From an uncultured Oscillospiraceae bacterium (GTDB lineage Bacteria; Bacillota; Clostridia; Saccharofermentanales; Saccharofermentanaceae): DNA of 64,000 bases. The position numbers were made by a program, and so were the translations under genes. The stretch is taken from the NCBI GenBank assembly GCA_964518595.1, contig CAZFHA010000022.1:9-64008 (forward strand), written 5' to 3'. The notes under the pieces are model-generated. The model was not told where the DNA came from. It saw only the letters and a program-made list of their open reading frames with translations, and did not search any database. This document shows, piece after piece, positions 49,099-56,931 of this stretch. Position 1 is the stretch's first letter. Each line of letters opens with the position of its first letter.

Positions 49099-50877
49099 AT
49101 GAACGAACTACTATTTTCTTCGCTACCGATTTCTCAAGAGGTTTTAAGAGCTTTAACTGACATGGGCTTTGAGGAACCTACCCCTATTCAGGCTCAGACC
49201 ATTCCTCACATCTTGGAAGGAAAAGATCTCATTGGTCAGGCTCAAACCGGAACAGGAAAGACCTGTGCCTTTGGTATACCTCTTATTGATTCAGCAGATC
49301 CCGATGCTAAAGCTGTTCAAAGCTTAATTTTAGCACCAACCAGAGAACTAGCCATTCAGATTGCCGATGAGCTACATGAGGTAGCTAAATATAAACATGG
49401 AGTTAGAATTGTAGCTGTATATGGTGGTCAGCCAATAGAACGTCAAATTATGGCTTTAAAGCGTCGCCCACAGATTATTGTCGGTACTCCGGGTCGGGTT
49501 ATGGATCATATGCGTCGGAAGACTTTACGATTTAAAGAACTTGAGCGCATTGTTCTAGACGAAGCTGATGAGATGTTGAACATGGGATTTAAAGAGGACA
49601 TCGACACGATTCTAGCGGAAACTTCTCCCGAAGTTCAAAAGGTCTTTTTCTCAGCAACTTTGCCTAAGGCCATTCTTGAATTAACGGAGCGTTATCTTAA
49701 GGAACCGGTTCATGCTAAAATTGCCGCCAAAGAGTTAACCATTCCATTGGTAGAACAGTACTACTTAGAAGTGCGTGAGGCCAACAAAACAGAAGTTTTG
49801 TCTCGCCTAATTGATGCCGAAAATGTTAGTCGAGCTTTGGTCTTTTGTAATACCAAGCGCAGAACTGATGATCTGGCAGAGAAGCTTAACACCCGTGGTT
49901 ATTCCGCTGAAGCTCTGCATGGGGACATGAAGCAAGGGGCACGGGATCGGGTTATGAAACAATTTAGAAATGGCAAACTTGACCTGCTGGTAGCAACAGA
50001 TGTAGCTGCAAGAGGGCTTGATGTAGATGATGTAGAAGTTGTCTTTAACTATGATCTTCCTTCGGATGAAGAGTACTACGTTCATCGAATTGGGCGTACC
50101 GGTCGTGCCGGGCGAACAGGTAAGTCCTATACTTTTGTTGTTGGGCGGGAGCTACTGGAGCTCAAGAATATTCAGCGTTCGGTTAAGGCTAATATTACTA
50201 GAACAACAGTTCCCTCAGCCAGCTTGGTTCAGGAGCGTCGGGCTGCTCAGGTTTTAGAACAGGCTAGTACCTTTCTTAAGGAACAGGATCTGTCTTATTA
50301 CTATACTTTAGTTGACCGGTTTGTAGAAAATTTGAACCTTCAAGGTGATACTGAAACATTCTATACTACTGCGGATGTCTCGGCTGCTCTGCTACGTCAA
50401 CTAACAGGTAATCTCTTCAGCGAAAGAGATGAAATTGAAGAAATTGTTCCTTATGAGGAGTTTGTCGGCGGAGGTAGAGGGAATAATGACAGGAATTCTG
50501 CTCGTCGTAAGGCAACTAAGAAGACTGAGAAGGGCATGGAGCGTCTTGTCTTGAATGTTGGTCAGAAGGAACAAATTAGGCCAAACCAAATCGTCCGCTT
50601 CCTTGCCTCGAAAGCTGATATTTCCGGTAAGTCAATTGGTGCAATTGCAATTCTGGAAGACTGCACCCTTGTGGATGTTCCAAAGGAGCTGGCAGCACAG
50701 ACTTTGAAAAAGGCAAACAAAGAAAAACTGGGAAAATTAGTGATTCGGGTAGAACGGCAAAAAGAGCCGACAAAGACAACCAAACATGAAAAGGGTGACT
50801 CGGAAAAATTTTCTTCTGAATCTAAGCCGCCTAAAAGAGAACGAAAAACAACCGGCAGAGGAACAAAAGAGGATTAA
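49099..50877 (+). CDS. cshA: DEAD-box ATP-dependent RNA helicase (CshA/DeaD-like) with a DbpA-type RNA-binding domain and a basic tail
   Basis: Q motif FEEPTPIQ, AQTGTGKT, DEAD (VLDEADEM), SAT, ARGLD and HRIGRTGRAG. A C-terminal RRM-like segment is followed by a K/E-rich tail. Confidence 0.9.
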   Translation: MNELLFSSLPISQEVLRALTDMGFEEPTPIQAQTIPHILEGKDLIGQAQTGTGKTCAFGIPLIDSADPDAKAVQSLILAPTRELAIQIADELHEVAKYKHGVRIVAVYGGQPIERQIMALKRRPQIIVGTPGRVMDHMRRKTLRFKELERIVLDEADEMLNMGFKEDIDTILAETSPEVQKVFFSATLPKAILELTERYLKEPVHAKIAAKELTIPLVEQYYLEVREANKTEVLSRLIDAENVSRALVFCNTKRRTDDLAEKLNTRGYSAEALHGDMKQGARDRVMKQFRNGKLDLLVATDVAARGLDVDDVEVVFNYDLPSDEEYYVHRIGRTGRAGRTGKSYTFVVGRELLELKNIQRSVKANITRTTVPSASLVQERRAAQVLEQASTFLKEQDLSYYYTLVDRFVENLNLQGDTETFYTTADVSAALLRQLTGNLFSERDEIEEIVPYEEFVGGGRGNNDRNSARRKATKKTEKGMERLVLNVGQKEQIRPNQIVRFLASKADISGKSIGAIAILEDCTLVDVPKELAAQTLKKANKEKLGKLVIRVERQKEPTKTTKHEKGDSEKFSSESKPPKRERKTTGRGTKED

Positions 50878-50878
50878 G

Positions 50879-51223
50879 TTAGACTTGATTATTAGCTGAT
50901 GGATCTTCTTCGTCCTGTTTCTTAACTTGGCTGTTATAGATTGTCTTTTCTTCTTGTAAATGCTGGAGACGAAGCATGATATCTGAGGGTTTCTCTTGAA
51001 GGGTGTCGCAGATGGACAGGAATTTCTTAACCGTGAGGTTGGCGGTTCCCCTTTCAATTGAGCAGTAGTAACTGCTGTTGATGTTGGCTGCATCGGAAAG
51101 TGAGCTTTGAGAAAGACTGCGACGATTGCGTGCTTCACGCAGTAGGGAACCTAGTTGTTGAGAAATGTTATCTTCAGACGGGTGCTTATCCGGATCTTTA
51201 GAGCGGTGATCTCGCTTTACCAT
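50879..51223 (-). CDS. XRE-family helix-turn-helix transcriptional regulator
   Basis: HTH_3-like core LGSLLREARNRRSLSQSSLSDAANINSSYYCSIERGTANLTVKKFLSICDTL. AGGAGG lies 7 nt before the ATG. Confidence 0.75.
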   Translation of the reverse strand: MVKRDHRSKDPDKHPSEDNISQQLGSLLREARNRRSLSQSSLSDAANINSSYYCSIERGTANLTVKKFLSICDTLQEKPSDIMLRLQHLQEEKTIYNSQVKKQDEEDPSANNQV

Positions 51224-51249
51224 TGATTACCTCCTAGCTTGGAATCTGT

Positions 51250-51277
51250 CCCAAAGCACTCTTAGTAGTGCTTTGGG
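51250..51277. other. Perfect 11-bp hairpin (CCCAAAGCACT / AGTGCTTTGGG, 6-nt loop)
   Basis: Read directly from the sequence. On the + strand CAAGTTTTTATT follows it, which is terminator-like. On the minus strand it lies in the XRE 5' UTR, about 10 nt upstream of the SD. Confidence 0.7.
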
Positions 51278-51386
51278 CAAGTTTTTATTCTACAAATGAT
51301 TATATTGATTAAAAGAATTGCGTCAATATGATATATCCGAAAAATGTTGCTAATTACGCCTATTCTTATATTGTAACTTCTTTTAT

Positions 51387-51432
51387 TTGCAATCAGCTTG
51401 CAATTTACCCCGAGGACTAAGGGTTGTATAAT
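51387..51432 (+). promoter_or_regulatory. Candidate activator-dependent promoter of the 706-aa gene
   Basis: Consensus -10 TATAAT (51427-51432), with only a weak -35 (TTTACC) 17 nt upstream. Direct repeats TTGCAAT at 51387 and 51398 (11-bp phasing) abut the -35. Confidence 0.45.
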
Positions 51433-51465
51433 GAATTATAGTTTTTGCATGGAAGAGGATAGAAG

Positions 51466-53586
51466 ATGTTTTTAAATCAAATTCAACTACCCGTTTGGCT
51501 GACTTCCGGGATGGTTTTCCAGCAGGGCGTTCCCCTTCTGATTTCTGGAACGAGCAAAGCAAATATACCTGTTAAGCTTGAAGTGGTAAAAGACCCCACC
51601 GATGGCCGAAAAGTGTCAAAACTTGATACTGATTATGGAATCATTTTTACCAAAGAAGTACGCACAGATGCCGAGGGTAATTTTCATTTTGAGCTGCCCT
51701 CTTATAAACCTTCTAATGACGCCTATACAATGATTTTCAGTGTTTTGAATATGGAAGCGATGACGATAAAGGACTTGCGTTGTGGCGATGTTTGGCTGAT
51801 GTTAGGATCACAGCCTTTGTCTGTACCTATCTCATCTACCAAAGCGCCGCGGATGCCGCTGAAGGAAGCTAATCTATCTTTGCTGCGCTTTTTTTGTCCA
51901 TCCCTTCGCCAGAATATGGATAATTGTTCTTATGAGCCGCTTACAGAAATGACAACTACTGGCTGGTTCACAGCTAAGTCTCAAAAGAATTTAGCAAGTT
52001 TATCGGCGGTGGCCTTTGCTTTTGCCTATCATTTGGCCGATCAGCTGCGTTATCCAACTGCAGTAGTGGACTTAGCTCTCAATGATTCTGCTTTATACGG
52101 CTGGCTGTCACGTTCTGAAATTGAGAATGATCCTGAATTAAAGGATTTCCTTTCTGCTAATCAGGGCTTCTTCACTCAAGAGCAGTGGGAGAAGCGTAAT
52201 AGTGGCTTTAGACTTTTTACTTCTGGAGAGGTTGACAATCCCTCTGCGGAAGAGGAGACCCCAGCTAAGGAAGAGTCGTCTAAAGATGAAAAATTAGCTG
52301 TCGGCAAAAAGAAAAAGACTGACAAAGAGCAGAATTCGGAAAATCCTGTAGATCTTAGTGTTTCCTATGCCCGGCTTATGAGTGCACTTTATAATCATTT
52401 TTTGCATCCGCTCAAGGGCATGAGCCTTCGTGGCTTAATCTATGCACCCGATAGCCAAGACGCCTTCATGGCGGAAAAGTATCCCCAATTTTTAGAAGGC
52501 TTTTTACATGACTGTGCGCGCCTCTTCGGTCCGCAGAAGATTACCAGTAAACGTGTTATTCCATCTTTGCTGCTGCTTCAAGTTCAGCCGCGCTATCTTG
52601 AGCCGGAAAAAGCATACACATTATTAAATCTGAACGAGTCTTTAGTTTTGGCAAGACGCAAACTGCCTATGCCTGTGGGTGTTGTCTCTATACATGATAT
52701 GCTTTTGCCGGACAAGACTTTTGCTTTTCAAGTGGGGCGGCGATTAGCTGTTATTGCCATGGGCATTCATTTTACCCCTAAAATGCCTAAATCCGCTCCG
52801 GAATGTGTGGGTATTGAGAATATTGGCAACAAAATAATGCTATCTTTTAATAATACCGGTGATGGCCTTCGATTAGGTGAAAATGAGTCGGTTCTAAGAG
52901 GATTTGCTCTTTGTGGCGAGGATTTAGTTTACTACCCTGCTCAGGCTAAAGTGCTTCATGGTGTTCGAGTTATGGTTTGGAATAATCAGATTCCTGAGCC
53001 GGTGGGGGTGACTTATGGTTATATGCCGATTCCTTCCGAAGCTACCTTTTGTAATCGAACAGATCTGCCGGTGCTACCCTTTCGTTCCGACCGCTCAGAG
53101 GCGGTTTATGCCCCCAATTTAACTTTTACTTACTGCGATCGGCTAACATTTGTCGGGCTTAGGCATAAGGACTCTCAGTTCGAGAACTTGCCGATTTATA
53201 AAGTCTATAAGGGTACGGGGGAAATATTTTTAGAAACTCTTAATAAAACTGAAGGGGCGGCTTCTCTGCGAATCGCTTATCAGCCCAGCAAAAATTTGTT
53301 TTCCTTTGGACCTGTTTTACGTTATGCTTCTTTATATGCTCCTCTTAATCTTTCGGCTTTTAGTAAGGTTGCCATTGATATTTTCAATCCGGATCAGTCG
53401 GAAAAGTCTATTTATATTGGTAAAGCCTCTTCAAGTGCAGAAATTAAGGTAAAATTAACTTGGCAGACGGTGCAGCTGAATCTTGAGGAGATAAAACCTC
53501 TGGAGTTAGAAAAGTTTGAAATTGTTATTGTGGATCGGCAAGAAAAGGGTTCGATTTATATTGATAATATCCGTTTCTTGCCATAA
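51466..53586 (+). CDS. Sialate-O-acetylesterase-like (SASA/DUF303-type) protein with divergent catalytic motifs, a charged insertion and a C-terminal beta-sandwich-like extension
   Basis: By-eye similarity to the SASA family. The N-terminal beta domain is (LPVWLTSGMVFQQG...DAEGNFHFELP), GDVWLMLGSQPL compares with the family GEVWLCSGQSNM, and the C-terminal block is GFALCGEDLVYYPAQAKV...VGVTYGY...LPVLPFRSD. There is no signal peptide. Confidence 0.5.
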   Translation: MFLNQIQLPVWLTSGMVFQQGVPLLISGTSKANIPVKLEVVKDPTDGRKVSKLDTDYGIIFTKEVRTDAEGNFHFELPSYKPSNDAYTMIFSVLNMEAMTIKDLRCGDVWLMLGSQPLSVPISSTKAPRMPLKEANLSLLRFFCPSLRQNMDNCSYEPLTEMTTTGWFTAKSQKNLASLSAVAFAFAYHLADQLRYPTAVVDLALNDSALYGWLSRSEIENDPELKDFLSANQGFFTQEQWEKRNSGFRLFTSGEVDNPSAEEETPAKEESSKDEKLAVGKKKKTDKEQNSENPVDLSVSYARLMSALYNHFLHPLKGMSLRGLIYAPDSQDAFMAEKYPQFLEGFLHDCARLFGPQKITSKRVIPSLLLLQVQPRYLEPEKAYTLLNLNESLVLARRKLPMPVGVVSIHDMLLPDKTFAFQVGRRLAVIAMGIHFTPKMPKSAPECVGIENIGNKIMLSFNNTGDGLRLGENESVLRGFALCGEDLVYYPAQAKVLHGVRVMVWNNQIPEPVGVTYGYMPIPSEATFCNRTDLPVLPFRSDRSEAVYAPNLTFTYCDRLTFVGLRHKDSQFENLPIYKVYKGTGEIFLETLNKTEGAASLRIAYQPSKNLFSFGPVLRYASLYAPLNLSAFSKVAIDIFNPDQSEKSIYIGKASSSAEIKVKLTWQTVQLNLEEIKPLELEKFEIVIVDRQEKGSIYIDNIRFLP

Positions 53587-53632
53587 GTAGATTTGACTGG
53601 ATTTGTTTTAGATGTGAAAGGAGGAGCAAGTT

Positions 53633-54652
53633 ATGCTCGAAGATTTACTTCCGGCTGTAGAAAAAAGTTTACTGGAATCTTCCGGTGCCATTCCGGTGGT
53701 CTTTGAAGGTATTGAACATAATTTTGAAAAGAGTACTACTGATCCGGCGATTAGCAAGCATACTTCTCATGAACTCCTCTATTTGCGTTCCGGGCGAACG
53801 GAATTTATTTTAGACGGAAAATCAGTTGCCTTAGAAAAGGGTTCCTCGCTTATTATTCGACCGGGAGTTAGCCATAGTATTCGAGTTTTGAGTCCTAAGG
53901 CAGATATGGTGGTTTTATATTTTGGTTTTTCCCAAGATAGCAAGAGTGTGGCGCATTTTTGGCGTAATCGAGCTCCGGAGGCGAATTTTTCTAAAGATAA
54001 GCCCAAGACAGGCCCGGCCTTTACACCTAATTTTCCTGGTGTCTCTCAGGCCACCTTAGATAGCTTCATTGACTTTGCTAAAGGCGAAGAAGGTGAAGAG
54101 GCTTCTGTTTCTCCTTATCTGTTAATTTCTGGAAAAAGCCGCTCAGAGATTGGTGCTCTGGTTGAACGCATTGTAAAAGAGAGCAATCAAGAAGCTTTTG
54201 CCCGCGAGTTAATGATGCAGTTATTAACTATGGAGCTTTTGGTAACCTTATCTCGAGCTTTACGGGAAGAGTGGGAAGAAAGCCTTAGGGTGAAACATGG
54301 CAAAGCAAGAGAGCTTGTTTTGATCGCTCGCGACTATCTGGTGCAAAACCACGATCGTGGAATTTCTGTGGCAGATGCCTCCGCTTATGTGTTTTTGAGT
54401 CAGGGCTATTTTACCAGAGCTTTCCGCGACGAATTTGGAATTAGCCCAATGGGATTTTTGATGCAAGTGAGAGTGAACCATGCCTGTAAACTCTTGGCTC
54501 AAAAAGAAATTAAAGTAAGCGGTGTGGCTTTGCAGGTAGGATTTTCCAGCCCTCAACGTTTTAATGTTGCCTTCCGTAAGCATATGGGGATGACTCCTAT
54601 GCAATACCGGCAAATGGTCTTAGAAGAAAACCAGTCCGATAAGAAGGAGTAA
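53633..54652 (+). CDS. AraC-family transcriptional regulator (cupin sensor plus HTH)
   Basis: N-terminal cupin (LYLRSGRTEFILDGKSVALEKGSSLIIRPGVSHS). The C-terminal dual HTH reads VFLSQGYFTRAFRDEFGISPMGF...ALQVGFSSPQRFNVAFRKHMGMTPMQYR. AAAGGAGGAG SD upstream. Confidence 0.9.
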   Translation: MLEDLLPAVEKSLLESSGAIPVVFEGIEHNFEKSTTDPAISKHTSHELLYLRSGRTEFILDGKSVALEKGSSLIIRPGVSHSIRVLSPKADMVVLYFGFSQDSKSVAHFWRNRAPEANFSKDKPKTGPAFTPNFPGVSQATLDSFIDFAKGEEGEEASVSPYLLISGKSRSEIGALVERIVKESNQEAFARELMMQLLTMELLVTLSRALREEWEESLRVKHGKARELVLIARDYLVQNHDRGISVADASAYVFLSQGYFTRAFRDEFGISPMGFLMQVRVNHACKLLAQKEIKVSGVALQVGFSSPQRFNVAFRKHMGMTPMQYRQMVLEENQSDKKE

Positions 54653-54705
54653 ATATGGGATGGTTCTTTCGTACAGTGACGCTTTGGGTTATTTAAGTTA
54701 TATAG

Positions 54706-54733
54706 TTGATAGGAGAGAAAAAAGCGCTATAAT
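54706..54733 (+). promoter_or_regulatory. Candidate sigma-A promoter of the 54788 gene / yaaO-tmk block
   Basis: TTGATA, a 16-nt spacer, then TATAAT. A perfect palindrome AAAGGAATTCCTTT follows directly at 54735-54748. Confidence 0.6.
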
Positions 54734-54787
54734 AAAAGGAATTCCTTTGTTAGCATGGTTGCTTTTAATAGACTAGAGGAGAATGAT

Positions 54788-55312
54788 ATGAGCGAACAGG
54801 ATGTTTCGACCAACCCCACGGGGCAACAAAACAATCACTCGGCCGAGCAAGGGCAGAGCAAACCCCGTAACAATAATTACTACCGCAATAATCGGCGTAA
54901 GCGTCCGCCTCAACATCATAATGGAGAGGCTAATTCTACCGCTAACCGCCCGGACAATAGCCGCCCTGTCAATGCTAAATCAGAGGGTGGTAATCGTAAG
55001 AATGGCAATCGCCCACCTAAATCCGGGCAGAATAATTCGGGTTCAAGCCCTAGAAGTGATTCCCAGAATCACTCAGCTAAGGAGAATAATCATCGAGAGC
55101 AAGCGCCTCGTGATGGTCATACCCAGGCACAGCCACCTAAGAAGAACAATCCTAATACCTCCAATCGCCCGGAACGGAATAGAGAGAGCAGAAATTGGAG
55201 TAAGTCGATTCATTCGGAAGAGACTTATGAAGATATTCGCCAAGATAATGAGCGCATTGAAAAAGATATTTGGCTGGAAATTGCCAGCATTCATACGGCG
55301 AAACTAGACTAA
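54788..55312 (+). CDS. Hypothetical Asn/Arg/Pro/Gln/Ser-rich, basic, probably disordered protein with a short structured C-terminal segment
   Basis: GAGGAGAA lies 4 nt before the ATG at 54788. About 140 residues have almost no hydrophobic side chains and about 28 Asn (counted by hand). They are followed by EETYEDIRQDNERIEKDIWLEIASIHTAKLD. The stop is 12 nt before the next gene. Confidence 0.55.
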   Translation: MSEQDVSTNPTGQQNNHSAEQGQSKPRNNNYYRNNRRKRPPQHHNGEANSTANRPDNSRPVNAKSEGGNRKNGNRPPKSGQNNSGSSPRSDSQNHSAKENNHREQAPRDGHTQAQPPKKNNPNTSNRPERNRESRNWSKSIHSEETYEDIRQDNERIEKDIWLEIASIHTAKLD

Positions 55313-55324
55313 GAGGAACGTAGT

Positions 55325-56836
55325 GTGAAAGAGGATGAGCAGGATGCTTTTGCCGACGGGATAGATTACCGTCGGCTCTTTTTATGGAATATGCCTTTTT
55401 TAACAGAGCAAAGGGCTGGCTTTCATATGCCGGGACATGGGGGTAGCAGTCACTTTCCGGAGGAGTATGCCCAAAGATTATTGACTCTTGATACAACTGA
55501 GTTTTCTGCCAGTGATGATCTCCATGCTCCGGTCTCAGACGGTGCTGTTTCTAAGGCAATGGAGCGGGCGGCAGAAATCTATGGCAGCTACCGAAGCTTT
55601 TTTGTTACGACAGGTGCAACTACGGCTATTCAGGTGATGTTTTCCACGATAAAGTCGTCAAACAGCTTTATTCTCCTGCCTCGGTTTGTGCATATGTCGG
55701 TACTGCATATATTAGCACTTCTACATCTACCTTTTGCTTTCTTACCTGATGCAGGAGCAGAGGTGTCGCACAGATCTCTTCTACCTTTGCTGACAGCGGA
55801 AATGGTGAAAGAGGGCTTAAAACAATACCCTCAAACCACGGATGTGTTTTTGACTTCTCCCGATTATTATGGTCAAGTCGCGCAGCTTGAAGATATTCTG
55901 CAGGTTGTTCGAGATCGGGGAGTCAGGCTATTGGTAGATGAAGCTCACGGTTCGCACTTTGCCTTTGCCGAAGATACCCGTAGCTGGTCGGCGATTCATG
56001 CCGGAGCCGATCTGGTAGTACATAGTCTACACAAAACCCTTCCGGCTTTAACCCAATCAGCTTTGCTTCACATCACCAAGGCAGGAAGTTGCCGGGGCGG
56101 AATTGAACCGGAGCGCCTCTGGGGCATGTTACGCATTTTTGAAACTTCCAGTCCATCTTTTGTTATAGCTGGATCAATTGAATACGCTTTAAACTATATG
56201 TATAGCCAAGGTTCAAAGGAAATCCAAAAACAGCGTCAACGGGTAGAGCATTTTCTGTCACTTTTGCCCCCTGATCTTTCTACACATTTTATTCTAGAGC
56301 AGGATAATCGTTGCTTTGATCCGATGAGGTTGATTTTTTATACTGGCGAGACTGCTTTTAGTGCACTTACCTTGGCAGTGCTTTTAGAGCAGAAAGGTAT
56401 CTTTATTGAGTTTGCTGACCTTAGGCGTTTGGTGTTTTTGCTTTCACCCTGGCAGAGCCTGGATACATACCAGACTTTGGCGTTGGCTTTAACGGAAGTG
56501 TGGGATGAACTGTCGGCTAAGATGTTGGCTGAAAATAGCAGCGGAGAATTATCTTACTTAGATAGGGAGCTAGGTCAGATTTTAGGACGAAAGGGAGCTG
56601 GGGCACCTGAACTGAATTGGCTTTTAGCGGAGGAGGATAAGAAGACATGGCTGCCACTACACTCCGCTGTTGATAGGGTTTGTGCCGCCGCTCTGATACC
56701 CTACCCACCGGGAATTCCGCTATTATGGCCGGGAGAATTGATAAGTAAAGAACTTGTTGCTTTTCTTTCTCGGCTGCAGGCCCAGGGAATTTCTATACTA
56801 GGTCTTCAAAATGGAGCACTTCGCGTGGTAAAATAA
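55325..56836 (+). CDS. Orn/Lys/Arg decarboxylase family protein (YaaO-like)
   Basis: FHMPGHGG near the N terminus and the PLP motif HSLHKTLPALTQSA. It sits upstream of tmk, as B. subtilis yaaO does. GTG start. Confidence 0.85.
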   Translation: MKEDEQDAFADGIDYRRLFLWNMPFLTEQRAGFHMPGHGGSSHFPEEYAQRLLTLDTTEFSASDDLHAPVSDGAVSKAMERAAEIYGSYRSFFVTTGATTAIQVMFSTIKSSNSFILLPRFVHMSVLHILALLHLPFAFLPDAGAEVSHRSLLPLLTAEMVKEGLKQYPQTTDVFLTSPDYYGQVAQLEDILQVVRDRGVRLLVDEAHGSHFAFAEDTRSWSAIHAGADLVVHSLHKTLPALTQSALLHITKAGSCRGGIEPERLWGMLRIFETSSPSFVIAGSIEYALNYMYSQGSKEIQKQRQRVEHFLSLLPPDLSTHFILEQDNRCFDPMRLIFYTGETAFSALTLAVLLEQKGIFIEFADLRRLVFLLSPWQSLDTYQTLALALTEVWDELSAKMLAENSSGELSYLDRELGQILGRKGAGAPELNWLLAEEDKKTWLPLHSAVDRVCAAALIPYPPGIPLLWPGELISKELVAFLSRLQAQGISILGLQNGALRVVK

Positions 56837-56931
56837 AATCCCTTTGTCCAGAGAATCTTCTTGGAGGATTCGGCATAAACTGTACAATTTCCTTGGGAAT
56901 TGCGTTATAATGATGAAAAGGAGTTTAGGTT

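Noticed and set aside
50737-51138. A 133-aa minus-strand ORF overlapping both the helicase 3' end and the XRE gene.
   Set aside because: It is a shadow frame. The XRE frame has a recognisable HTH and an SD, and this one has neither.
54801-55307. A 168-aa ORF in a second + frame (with a 73-aa minus-strand ORF at 55073-55294) overlapping the disordered-protein gene.
   Set aside because: It has no SD, and it starts 13 nt inside the frame that does have a strong SD. Its product is an implausible I/R-rich string. The open frames are most simply a by-product of the A/C-rich, stop-poor composition. The frame still needs experimental confirmation, so this is also noted in a finding.
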